The position numbers and the translations under genes are program-made. The notes beneath the pieces were generated by a model, which was not told where the DNA came from, did no database searches, and saw only the letters and a program-made list of their open reading frames with translations. A DNA stretch of 64,000 bases from contig CAWKDB010000010.1 of assembly GCA_963848295.1 (NCBI GenBank), positions 4,704,001 through 4,768,000 on the forward strand, given 5' to 3'. Below, one piece after another: positions 52,465-61,854 of this stretch. This stretch comes from an uncultured delta proteobacterium (GTDB lineage Bacteria; Myxococcota_A; Polyangia; Haliangiales; Haliangiaceae). Position 1 is the stretch's first letter, and the number at the start of each line of letters is the position of its first letter.

Positions 52465-53523
52465 ATGCGGTCGATTCATAGCTTGTTCCTCGTCCACGGT
52501 TTGCTGTTCGCCGGTGCGTGCACGACCGCCGATCCGTCGACGAGCTCCGCCTCGCAGAGCGTGACCACGAAGAACAAGCTATCGGCGAACAAGCTGTCGG
52601 CGAACAAGCTGTCGGCGAACAAGCTGTCGGCGAACAAGCTGTCGGCGAACAAGCTGTCGGCGAACAAGCTGGAGCTGAATCCGGCAGGGTCTGCCGATCT
52701 GATCGCCACCGCGGACGGACGCGATGTGTTGAGTTACATCGTCAGCTGTGCGATCGATGCTGACCAGACGCTCGTGGCGAACACCGACCAGGCATGCACC
52801 GCGGATTCCGATTGTTTGCCCGATCCGACAGTTCCGTTCAGCGGCTCGTGCGCGTCGAACAAATGCGTTTTCGAGTTCCCCGGTGGCATCGGCCTCGCGC
52901 CGCATTGGCTAGACCAAGGACTCGACGAGGACGGCAAGGGGTGGATCAGCGCGTGCTTGTTCTCGCGGGTCAACGCCCACGACACCTCAGAGGAGATCTC
53001 GCTTCGCGGCCCGAGTAACGCCCTTTCGGTCTCCGCTGACGAGGCTGCGCTCTACGACGTCGAAGAAGGCGCGTTCTACGGCAACTTCTTCACGCCGGAG
53101 GATCAGCCGATCGATTGGATCGCGTGCGAAGGCGAAGGCCAAGCCTCCGGTGAGTTCGGCGGCCTCGTCGATCGCGACTGCACCGAGCCCGATCCGGCGA
53201 ACCCCGGGTTCACGCAATGCGGCTTCATCTACGCCGGCTATTGCGGTGACTACACGCCGGCGGTTCCCAACCCGCAGGCATGCGACGAGTTCAGCTCGAA
53301 CGGCTACTACGTCGACTGCCACGCGACCGCATCGCTGGTCGTCGATCACGGACACGGTCACGAGCACGGCGATCGCGGCCACTTTGGCGGTTACGATGAC
53401 CACCGCGGCAACTACGGCCGCTATGACGACCATGGTCATGGCGATGACCACGGCCACGACGGTTGTCACCACCAGGGTGACGTCACGTATCAACAAGTCA
53501 TCACCACGTTCGTCACCGACTAA
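52465..53523 (+). CDS. Secreted Cys-rich lipoprotein with (NKLSA)6 repeats and a His-rich tail
   Basis: GGAGG RBS, lipobox-like AGA-C, pentapeptide repeats, YIVSCA..GIGLAP.W..WISACL..RVN, EGAFYGNFF, DHGHGHEHG tail. Confidence 0.85.
   Translation: MRSIHSLFLVHGLLFAGACTTADPSTSSASQSVTTKNKLSANKLSANKLSANKLSANKLSANKLSANKLELNPAGSADLIATADGRDVLSYIVSCAIDADQTLVANTDQACTADSDCLPDPTVPFSGSCASNKCVFEFPGGIGLAPHWLDQGLDEDGKGWISACLFSRVNAHDTSEEISLRGPSNALSVSADEAALYDVEEGAFYGNFFTPEDQPIDWIACEGEGQASGEFGGLVDRDCTEPDPANPGFTQCGFIYAGYCGDYTPAVPNPQACDEFSSNGYYVDCHATASLVVDHGHGHEHGDRGHFGGYDDHRGNYGRYDDHGHGDDHGHDGCHHQGDVTYQQVITTFVTD
52573..52671 (+). repeat. 15-bp coding tandem repeat AACAAGCTGTCGGCG x6.6
   Basis: Near-perfect at the DNA level (one synonymous change in the first copy). 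Confidence 0.95.
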
Positions 53524-53541
53524 GTTTGCTATCGTTCGCGC

Positions 53542-54159
53542 GTGGGTATCACGCGGCGGATCCTCGAAGGTGCGCAGTCGGGGTTGTCGCGCCTGACGTC
53601 GCTCGTGATCGTCGATGACGAGCCGCTGAGCCACGTCGAGAGTGCCGCGCTCCAGGCCGAGCTCACCGCCCGCAAGGCGGCGCGTGCGCGCACGCCGAAG
53701 TCGCCGCTCGATAACCCGCTCGCGAAGCAAGCGCTCGGCAATCCCGCGGCCCGGGCGGCCCGCGAGAAGGCGGCTCGTGACCGCGGGGCGCGGGTCCATC
53801 GCGATCGCGACGAGCGCCAAGCCCGCCAGCGCGCCGCCGCCGACGACGCTTTCCGTCGGATGAAGGACCAAGCGGGCCGGCCCGGCTCGACGACCAGCAG
53901 CTCGTCGGGCTCGACCGGCAGCGCGCGGTCGCCGCGGCCGGGTAGCGCCGATGCCAAGCTCGCCGAGTGGTACCGCGTCCTCGACCTGGCGCCCGGCGCC
54001 GAGCTGCCGCAGATCAAGTCGGCGTATCGCCAGCTGATGCGCAAATATCACCCCGACATGCACGCGGGCAATCCGCAACGTCAGAAGGCCGCGACCGAGC
54101 TGTCGATGCGCGTAACAGCGGCGTACAACGGGCTTCTCGCGCACCTCGAGACGAAGTAG
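53542..54159 (+). CDS. C-terminal J-domain (DnaJ-like) protein
   Basis: WYRVLDL..IKSAYRQLMRKYHPD..VTAAYNGL. Confidence 0.9.
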   Translation: MGITRRILEGAQSGLSRLTSLVIVDDEPLSHVESAALQAELTARKAARARTPKSPLDNPLAKQALGNPAARAAREKAARDRGARVHRDRDERQARQRAAADDAFRRMKDQAGRPGSTTSSSSGSTGSARSPRPGSADAKLAEWYRVLDLAPGAELPQIKSAYRQLMRKYHPDMHAGNPQRQKAATELSMRVTAAYNGLLAHLETK

Positions 54160-54169
54160 GATGCGCGCG

Positions 54170-54844
54170 ATGCTACGCATTTCTCTACTCGTATTACTTT
54201 CCATTTCGGTCGTCGGTTGCTCGAAGAAGGGCGGTGGCTCTGCCGCCGCGGGATCGGGCTCCGGCTCGGGCTCGGCGGCGATGGCCGGCTCTGGCTCTGC
54301 GGCGGCAATGGCCGGCTCGGGTTCTGGCTCCGCCGAGATGGCGGGCTCCGGCTCGGCGATGGCCGGCTCGGGCTCGGGCTCGGCGATGGCGGGGTCGGGC
54401 TCGGCGATGGCCGGCTCGGGCTCTGGCAGCGGGTCGGCTGCGGCCGAAGGTTCCGGCGCGGGCTCGGGCAGCGCGGCGGCGAACGACTTCGACTTCCAGA
54501 AGCTCGATCACAAAGCGCGCGTCGCGTTCATGAAGACGAAGGTGATGCCGGCGATGAAGACGGCGTTCCAGGAGTTCGACGCGAAGAAGTTCGCGAAGTT
54601 CAACTGCAAGACCTGCCACGGCAAGAACGCCGAGAAGAACAAGTTCAAGATGCCGAACGGCGACATCCCGAAGCTCGACTTCGTGGCGCTCAAGGCCGGC
54701 AAGCAGGCGCCGAAGATGGCCGAGTTCATGGGCAAGACGGTCAAGCCGCAGATGGCGCAGCTGCTGAACATGCCCGAGTTCACGGAAGAGAAGCCGGATC
54801 CGAAGGCGTTCGGCTGCCTGAACTGTCACGAACAAAAGAAGTAG
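54170..54844 (+). CDS. Diheme c-type cytochrome lipoprotein with a Gly/Ser-rich linker
   Basis: Lipobox VVG-C, repeated AMAGSGS linker, CKTCH and CLNCH. Confidence 0.85.
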   Translation: MLRISLLVLLSISVVGCSKKGGGSAAAGSGSGSGSAAMAGSGSAAAMAGSGSGSAEMAGSGSAMAGSGSGSAMAGSGSAMAGSGSGSGSAAAEGSGAGSGSAAANDFDFQKLDHKARVAFMKTKVMPAMKTAFQEFDAKKFAKFNCKTCHGKNAEKNKFKMPNGDIPKLDFVALKAGKQAPKMAEFMGKTVKPQMAQLLNMPEFTEEKPDPKAFGCLNCHEQKK

Positions 54845-54847
54845 CTC

Positions 54848-55708
54848 GTGGATCACACGAGCTCGGCGTCGAAGACCGCGTTGATGGTCTGCGCGTATCG
54901 CGCGCGGGTCAGCAAGTGGCCGAAGCCGTTGTTCGTCGACCCGTGGGCCGACGCGCTCGCGGGCGCCGACGGCCAGGCGATCGCGACCCGGCTCGACGCG
55001 CGGTTTCCCCCGATGGAGCTGTGGCTCGGGTTGCGCGTCGCCTATCTCGACAAGCTCGTCGGAATCGCGGTCGATCAGATGTCGATCCGCCAGATCGTCA
55101 TTCTCGGCGCCGGTTACGATACCCGCGCCGCTCGGCTGCCGCGCGCCGGGGTCCGGTTCTTCGAGGTCGATCATCCCGCGACCCAGGTGGCGAAGCGCGC
55201 GGCGCTCGCGAAGCTGCCGGGCTATCCGGTCGACGCCGCGCGCTACGTCTCGTGCGTCTTCGGCGAGGGCCGCGACGGCGACCCGATCGATCAGCTCAGA
55301 GCCAGCGGGTTCGACCCGCGCGAGCCCGCGCTCGTGATCTGGGAGGGCGTCGTGCCGTACTTGCCCGAGGCCGCGGTGCGCGCGACCGCGACTCGGCTGG
55401 CGACCTCGCTCGATCCGCGTTCGCTCGTCGCGTTCGATTTCGTCGGCAAGAAGTTCGCCGAGGGCGACAACCTGACCGACAAGGACAAGCAGACCCGCGC
55501 GTACGTCGGCGAGCTCGGCGAGCCGATCCGGTTCGGCACAGACGACATCGTGCCCCTACTCGCCGACTGCGGCTTCAAATGGGCGCGGTCGCGCGACTTC
55601 AACGAGCTCGCGCTCGAGTGGATCGGCGACTACAAGCGCGAGCGGATGTTCCGGTTCCAGCACATCGCCCTGGCCGCGCCGCGCGCGCCGGCGGCGGCAT
55701 GGCCCTGA
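54848..55708 (+). CDS. SAM-dependent methyltransferase (LCM/O-methyltransferase-like)
   Basis: TALMVCAYRA..FVDPWA, QIVILGAGYDTRAARL, FEVDHP, WEGVVPYL. Confidence 0.9.
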   Translation: MDHTSSASKTALMVCAYRARVSKWPKPLFVDPWADALAGADGQAIATRLDARFPPMELWLGLRVAYLDKLVGIAVDQMSIRQIVILGAGYDTRAARLPRAGVRFFEVDHPATQVAKRAALAKLPGYPVDAARYVSCVFGEGRDGDPIDQLRASGFDPREPALVIWEGVVPYLPEAAVRATATRLATSLDPRSLVAFDFVGKKFAEGDNLTDKDKQTRAYVGELGEPIRFGTDDIVPLLADCGFKWARSRDFNELALEWIGDYKRERMFRFQHIALAAPRAPAAAWP

Positions 55709-57829
55709 CCCGCTACAAGCCGTACGCCGTGCCGCTCGCGATCGCGCTGGTCGCATCGACGATCGCGTGGGGGTTCGTCTACGTCACGTTGCACCACACC
55801 AACGAGATGGGGCTGCCGCTCGACGACAGCTACATCTATCTGACCTACGCGAAGCAATTCGGCCGCGCGCAGCCGTTCACGTACTTTCCCGGCGGCGGCT
55901 ACTCGGCGGGCTCGACGAGCGTGCTGTGGCCGATGCTGCTCGCGCCGTTCTGGGCGCTCGGCGCGCGCGGTCACGCGCTGGTCTGGGTGTCGTTCGGGAT
56001 GTGCACCGCGCTCTACGCCGCGGTCGCGATCGGCTGCTATCGGTTCGTCCGCACCGTCTGCCTCTCGATCCGAGGCGAGCTCGGTTCGCTCGATTTCGGG
56101 GGCGACGTCGCCGCGATCATCGCCGCGCTCGGCGTGGTCGCGATCGCGCCGTTCGCGTGGTGCGCGTTGTCCGGCATGGAGGTCGCGTTTGCGACCGCGC
56201 TGATCATCGCGTCGTTCTTGTTGCTCGCCCAGACGCCGCCGGACGGCCCGCCATCGCGCCTGCTCGTGATCTGCCTCGCGGCGACCTCGCTGTCGCGGCC
56301 GGAGGCGATGCTGCTCGTGTTCGCCGTCGTCGCGGTCGCGGTCGTGCGCCGGCGCAAGACGCCGCGAGTGGCCGCGCGCTGGCTCGTGCCGCTCGCGCCG
56401 CCGCTCGTCTGGTTGCTCGCAAATCGCGTGCTCGCCGGCAACTTCATGCCGAACACCGGCGTCGCGAAGAGCCACTTCTATCTGCCGGGCTTCGACTGGA
56501 CCTACTGGGTCGAGGCGGTGACCGCGCAGACCGGGCTCGCGCTGCGCGATCTGTTCTGGGATGCGACGAGCCCATTGGTGTGGCCGCGCGCGGTCGCGAT
56601 CGCATGGCTCATCGGCGCGGTGCGCGTCGTCATGTGGTCGCGCAAGGTCGCAGCGCCCGCTCGTCGGTGCGCTCGTGGTTGCAGCGCCGTTCGTGTTGAT
56701 CCTCGCGGTCAACGCGGCGTCCGGGATGTGGAAGTTCCAGCACTATCGCTACATCGCTCCGGCGCTACCGCTCGTCATGCTCGTCGCCGCGTGCGCGTTC
56801 GCGCCGCTGCCGTGGCCTGAGCGGATGCCACATCGCGTCCTCGCAGCGCGAGCGTGGTCGGCGCTCGCGCTCGCGGTCGCCGCGCTGTTCGCGCACTCGG
56901 CGTGGCCGGCGCTGCGCGCTGACATGGATCTGTTCGCGCAGGGCGCGATGGATACGAACACGCAGGTCGTCGCGATCGGTCGCTACATCCATGCGAAGCT
57001 GCCCGATGCGCGCGTGATGTTTCACGACGCCGGCGCGATCGCCTACTACGGCGATGGGCAGGTGTACGACATGCTCGGCCTCGTCACGAACCATCAGGCC
57101 GGGATCGCAAACAACGGCCCGGGCTCGCGCTTCGAGTTTCTCGAGCACATGGCGCCGGACCAGCGGCCGACTCACTTCGCGTACTACCCGGGCTGGCTCG
57201 GCACCGACGAGCTCTACGGCGAGGTGCTGATGCACACGCCGCTGCATTCGCAGTTCGCGAAGGATCGGCTCGTCGGCGGCGGCGACATGCAGGTGATCGC
57301 GGCGCGCTGGGATCACATCGAGACCGGCGAACGGCCGATGAACGATCACACCGGCTGGGCGATCGTCGACCGCGTCGACGTCGCCGATCTCGACAGCGAG
57401 CACGCTCACTATTGGGTCGGTGCGCTCGGCCGGCGCAAGGTCGGCGACCTGCCCGGCAGGTGGTCGGTCGTCGGTCGCGAGGTCGGCGCGAATGGCCTCA
57501 TCCTCGACGGTGGCCGCACGATCCGCGGCGGCAGCGAGCGGTTCACGATCAAGCTCGACTTCAAGAAGCCGACGCGGATCATCCTGCGCACCGGCGGCGC
57601 GCGCGCGTATCCGCCGTACAACGAAGACATCGCGAAGCCGATCTCGCTCAAGCTGTTCTATCGCCAGCGCGAGCTCGGGCAGCTCACGGTGGGGCGGCCG
57701 ACCGGTGCGTTCTCGGAGCTCACGTTCAACCTGCCGAACCACACATTCGATGCCGACGAGGTCGAGGTCCGCACCGAGGCGACCGGCATCTACCGATCGT
57801 TTCACTGGTTCATCGAACAGCCCGAGTGA
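55699..57829 (+). pseudogene. GT-C-like polytopic membrane protein interrupted by a frameshift near 56646 (real lesion or assembly error)
   Basis: Frame 1 gives MALTRYK..PLDDSYIYLTYA..GSTSVLW..SGME..LSRPEA..WSRK; frame 2 continues SQRPLVG..HYRY..DAGAIAYY..DMLGL. Removing one G from AAGGTCG joins the two. Confidence 0.75.
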
Positions 57830-57841
57830 CGAGCGATTGCT

Positions 57842-58930
57842 TCATCGCAGCGAGCTTCGCACGATCGCCGCACCCTCGGCGAGCGCGCGCAGCTTCTGCA
57901 CCGCGACGACGCGCGGCAGCTGTTTGAGCCCGCAGTCGGTCGTCAGCGTCACGCGCTCGGCTTCGATGTGCGCGAGCACCTTGCGAATGCGCTCGGCGAC
58001 TTGCTCTGGATGCTCGATCTCGAGCGTGCGGACATCGATCACGCCAGCGTGGATCTTCTTGTCGCTCGGCAGCTTGCGCAGCAGATCCGCGTCCTCCATC
58101 TCGCGGCACGCGAAGTCGAGCACGAACGCATCGACCTTGACGTCGTGATAATGCGGCACGACCTCGCGATAGCCGCCCGCGGTCATGCCTTCCATCTTGT
58201 TGCCCCACACGTTGCCGAGGCAGAAGTGCCACGCCTTCTCGACGCCTTTCGGGATCTCGGCCATCGTGCGATCGACGGTGCTCGCGACCCAGTCCCAATC
58301 CTTGCCCCCGCCGGTGAGGTGCGGCATCCACGCGCCGAGATCCTCGAGCTGGATGTGCTTGCAGCCCGCGGTGACGAGCTCGGCGATCTCGGCGCGGAAC
58401 ACGTCGGCGAGCGCGGCCGACAAGTCGTAGCGGTTCTTGACCGGGCCTGACTTAAAATACGCGAGCGTCGATAGCTGGACCGGACCCGCGCCGACGCACG
58501 CCTTGATCGGCTTGTGCGTGTGGCGCTGCGCCCATTGGTAGATCAACGCCATCCGCGCCGGGCCGCGCTCGATCGGGCCTTCGACCGCGACGCCGCCCGC
58601 TTCATCGAGCGCCCAGATGTCGCGGCCCTTCGCCTTGGCGCGCGCGGGGTGCGGCAGCTTCTCGTTCGAGAACCCCTTCGTGCGCTCGAGCCAGTACCAG
58701 AGGAACGAGCCGATGCCCATGTTGTAGTCGTCGAACCACATCTGGCCGTCGGTCAGGATGTCGAGGCCGGCGTCCTCTTGATCTTTGATCACGACCCGCG
58801 TCGCGTCGTGGAACGCTTCGGCGTGCGACGCGATCTTGAACGCCTCGAGCACGTCGCGTCCCGCGAGCTGTTGCGTGAACCACGCCGGACGCGGATAAGA
58901 ACCGACCATCGTCGTCGGGAGCAGGTGCAT
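57842..58930 (-). CDS. Cobalamin-independent methionine synthase II family (catalytic-barrel only)
   Basis: TTMVGSYPRP, QEDAGLDILTDGQ, Zn ligands HFC and DCGL, GVIDVR. Confidence 0.88.
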   Translation of the reverse strand: MHLLPTTMVGSYPRPAWFTQQLAGRDVLEAFKIASHAEAFHDATRVVIKDQEDAGLDILTDGQMWFDDYNMGIGSFLWYWLERTKGFSNEKLPHPARAKAKGRDIWALDEAGGVAVEGPIERGPARMALIYQWAQRHTHKPIKACVGAGPVQLSTLAYFKSGPVKNRYDLSAALADVFRAEIAELVTAGCKHIQLEDLGAWMPHLTGGGKDWDWVASTVDRTMAEIPKGVEKAWHFCLGNVWGNKMEGMTAGGYREVVPHYHDVKVDAFVLDFACREMEDADLLRKLPSDKKIHAGVIDVRTLEIEHPEQVAERIRKVLAHIEAERVTLTTDCGLKQLPRVVAVQKLRALAEGAAIVRSSLR

Positions 58931-58980
58931 GACTCGGAGATACCACGCCGGTCGACCGCGCGGAGTGTTACAGCTCGGTG

Positions 58981-59802
58981 ATGGACCCCGGGGCGCTCGC
59001 GTTGATGTACGGCACCGCGTGGAAAGAAGACGCGACCGAGCGGCTCGTCACCGCCGCCCTCGACGCTGGGTTTCGCGCGATCGACACCGCGAACCAGCGC
59101 AAGCACTACTACGAAGCCGGCGTCGGCCGCGCGCTCGCGACCTGGCTCGCGGCGGGCCATGCGCGCGCCGAGCTGTTCGTCCAGAGCAAGTTCACGTATC
59201 GCGACGGCCAGGACGAGCGCTTGCCGTACGATCCGGCCGCGCCGATCGCCGAGCAAGTCATGCAATCGTTCGAGAGCTCGCTCGAGCACCTCGGGCTCGA
59301 CCGGATCGACAGCCTCGTGTTGCACGGTCCATCGCAGCGCGACGGGCTCGGGCGCGCCGATCGCGATGCGTGGGCCGCGATGGAGCAGCTCGCGCTCGCC
59401 AAGCGGGTCGGCGTGATCGGGATCAGCAACGCGACCGCCGAGCAGCTCGATCAGCTCGCGACGGTCTCGCGCGTGCCGATCGCGTTCGCGCAGAATCGCT
59501 GCTACGCCGATCGCGGCTGGGATCGCGCGGCGCGCGCGGCGTGTGTGCGCCACGGCATCCGCTATCAGGGCTTCTCGTTGCTGACCGCGAATCGCCCTGC
59601 CTTGACCGGCGTGGTCGTGCGCGACATCGCCGCTCTCCATCGCGCGACGCCGGCGCAGATCATCTTCGCGTTCGCGCGCGGGCTCGGCATGCTGCCGCTC
59701 ACCGGCACCTCGGATCCGCAGCACATGGCGCAGGATCTCGCGGCGACCGCGATCGAGCTCGACCGCGACGAGCTCGCGGCGATCGAGCGCGCTGCGAGCT
59801 AG
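58981..59802 (+). CDS. Aldo/keto reductase
   Basis: YGTAWK, GFRAIDTA..YYE, LFVQSKF, SLEHLGLDRIDSLVLHGP, IGISN. Confidence 0.92.
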   Translation: MDPGALALMYGTAWKEDATERLVTAALDAGFRAIDTANQRKHYYEAGVGRALATWLAAGHARAELFVQSKFTYRDGQDERLPYDPAAPIAEQVMQSFESSLEHLGLDRIDSLVLHGPSQRDGLGRADRDAWAAMEQLALAKRVGVIGISNATAEQLDQLATVSRVPIAFAQNRCYADRGWDRAARAACVRHGIRYQGFSLLTANRPALTGVVVRDIAALHRATPAQIIFAFARGLGMLPLTGTSDPQHMAQDLAATAIELDRDELAAIERAAS

Positions 59803-60024
59803 CGCGAGTAGATGACCCAGGCGCGGCTGACGTAGAAGTAGCGAAACATCATCGGCTTGGTCCGCTTGCGGCGGCCGATCTCGCGCTGCAGCAACTCTAG
59901 TACCTCGTTGTATGCGGCTACTCCGTCTTCGCTCGGCTGCATCGAGCGGAATATCGGCCGAGGGCGCGAGACGAACAGGGGGCCCACGAGGACTCGGGCT
60001 GATCGACAACGACGAAGAGCAAGA

Positions 60025-60040
60025 ACCGGACGGGTCCGGT
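60025..60040. promoter_or_regulatory. 16-bp palindrome, candidate operator (copy 1)
   Basis: ACCGGACGGGTCCGGT, about 105 bp upstream of the XRE gene. Confidence 0.45.
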
Positions 60041-60145
60041 GGTAGGCCTGTCTCAGATCTTCAAGTGTCGCTCGCCGTGGCACGCTATCGCACGACAGGC
60101 GGGACGTGGCGATCCGCCGCGCGCGATGCTCCTGGCGTGGCGAGC

Positions 60146-60346
60146 ATGCTCAATCGCCTGGGTCGACGGATCCGAATGCTACGGCTCGAGCGTGAGCTTA
60201 CGCAGGAGCACGCGGCCGAACGCGCGAAGCTCGACGAGAAGCATTGGCAAGACATCGAGGCAGGGCGCACCAACCCGACCGTGGCGACGCTCGTGGGCAT
60301 CGCTCGGGCTCTCGACGTCGAGTTCGTCGAGCTGTTTGCGAGCTGA
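60146..60346 (+). CDS. XRE-family HTH transcriptional regulator
   Basis: LGRRIRMLRLERELTQEHAAERAKL..WQDIEAGRTNPTVATLVGIARALDV; 66 aa. Confidence 0.88.
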   Translation: MLNRLGRRIRMLRLERELTQEHAAERAKLDEKHWQDIEAGRTNPTVATLVGIARALDVEFVELFAS

Positions 60347-60851
60347 GTGCTCGCCGCGAAGTACTGGCAAGACATCGAGCTAACCTTAAAAAGAATCGCG
60401 CAGCCTGTGGATCACGTCGAGTCGGCGCTGCGTTGACGTTGCTGTTCGTTTGTGAACGACCGCGCTCGAAGTGTCCGCCGCCCCCGGTCGCTCAATATCC
60501 AAACAGCCCCAAACAGCCCCTGACGCCACGATGGTTGGTTCCACGGATCGATTTGAATGATCGACGAATGGAAGACGACTCTCCGTCCCTTCTCCCCGAA
60601 AAACCCAAAATCTTGGTGGCAGAGCCTGTGGCGCGATGTGGACGGGTGCGCCGCCACCTGGGTCGCCTCGCGGTCATCGCGATCGATCGCGGCGCAGCCG
60701 TCCAAGTGAGCGAGGGCAGCCGCGGACGATCGATGGCGAGGGCCTCGATCGGCGCCGCGAGCGGCTGTCCGCGCGAGCGGCATCGTCCACAGGCCGTGCA
60801 ACATTTCCGGTCTAGACCCAGGACGAGTTGTTGATATATCAGCCGAATCAA

Positions 60852-60880
60852 TTGACGCGATCCTCGACGGTTTCTATGCT
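60852..60880 (+). promoter_or_regulatory. Sigma70-type promoter of the transposase remnant
   Basis: TTGACG (60852-60857), 17 nt, TATGCT (60875-60880). Confidence 0.55.
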
Positions 60881-60890
60881 GTTGGCTGTA

Positions 60891-61208
60891 GTGTCATCTT
60901 CGCGCAATCGGCAACTGCAGCTCCCGCGGCCCGACAAGAACGGGCAACGTCGAGGCGGCAAGCGACCGGGCGCAGGGCGCAAGCCGAAGGGGTCGCGCGC
61001 CGGCGTCACGCACGTGCGACGTGCCGAGCTCGATCCGACCAAGCCGCTCCACATCACGCTGCGAGTGGCCGCGGCGATCGCCGCGCTATGCACCGAGAGG
61101 GGCTACCGCGCGATCCGTAAGGCGCTGCAGGTCTCGGCGTTCAACCAACTCGGGCTGCGGATCTGCCAACGCCTTAACCGCTTTGACCGGGATTTCAGGA
61201 ACCGCTAG
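60891..61208 (+). pseudogene. Truncated REP-associated tyrosine transposase (RAYT, IS200/IS605 superfamily)
   Basis: QLQL..RGGKRPGAGRKP..HVRR..PLHITLRV..RAIRKAL..LRIC resembles a RAYT N-terminus; the similarity stops before the HUH motif. Confidence 0.65.
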
Positions 61209-61281
61209 TCGGCGTCGCTCGGGCGTTGGCCACGGATGTTGCCGCGCTGGCCGCCGCCGCTTGACGTGATCCGGCGGGCGG

Positions 61282-61830
61282 TCACTGCGGGTTGATGCTG
61301 AAGGTCAACGAGGCTCCGCCGCTGCTGCACGACAGTGTGCGTCCGCGCAGATCCGCCGACGCGATCGGGTTCGCGACGCATTCGAACGCGTCGTCGTTGA
61401 CCGTGATGTCCTGGTCGTAGGCGTGGAGGTCGAGCTCGCTCCCTGCGATCAGCGACACCGCGTACGGCCCGTCGTACTGCGCCGAGAACTGGTCATTCAC
61501 GACGTCGGTCATCTCGGCGACGGTCCCGTCGACGGAGATGACGATGAACAGATCTGGCGCACCGCCGCCGACGTCCCAGTCCGACCCATCGGGCTTGGTC
61601 GTCGGCACGGTGATCTGAAGATCCGTGATCTCGTACACGCGGGGATAGGCGTCCTCGCACGTGCCCGCGATGCAGATCTCATCGCCGCTGCAGGTGTCGA
61701 CGGCCTCGACGCAGCTACCGCCACCGCCGCCACCACCACCACCGCCGCCGCCACCACCGCCGTTGCTCGTGCATGCCGCGAACGCGAGCACGCTCAGCGC
61801 CGCCATCGCAGCGCCCGTGTTTTGCCGCAT
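61282..61830 (-). CDS. Lipoprotein with a poly-Gly linker, Cys-rich motif and C2-like domain
   Basis: Lipobox FAA-C, poly-Gly run, C..C..CIAGTC, DWDVGGGAPDLFI..YDQD...DD; GGAGG RBS. Confidence 0.75.
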   Translation of the reverse strand: MRQNTGAAMAALSVLAFAACTSNGGGGGGGGGGGGGGGSCVEAVDTCSGDEICIAGTCEDAYPRVYEITDLQITVPTTKPDGSDWDVGGGAPDLFIVISVDGTVAEMTDVVNDQFSAQYDGPYAVSLIAGSELDLHAYDQDITVNDDAFECVANPIASADLRGRTLSCSSGGASLTFSINPQ

Positions 61831-61854
61831 GTGCCGACCTCCGCCAATGATGAT

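Noticed and set aside
59799..60083. Small minus-strand ORF (and ORFs at 60412-60851)
   Set aside because: No recognisable motif and atypical codon use; cannot be supported as genes, though decayed accessory DNA is possible.
60238..60379. Diversity-generating retroelement TR/VR pair
   Set aside because: Only 22 bp long, the mismatches are not at adenines, and there is no reverse transcriptase.
61717..61762. Phase-variable tract in the poly-Gly linker
   Set aside because: Mixed GGC/GGT triplets; slippage would keep the frame.
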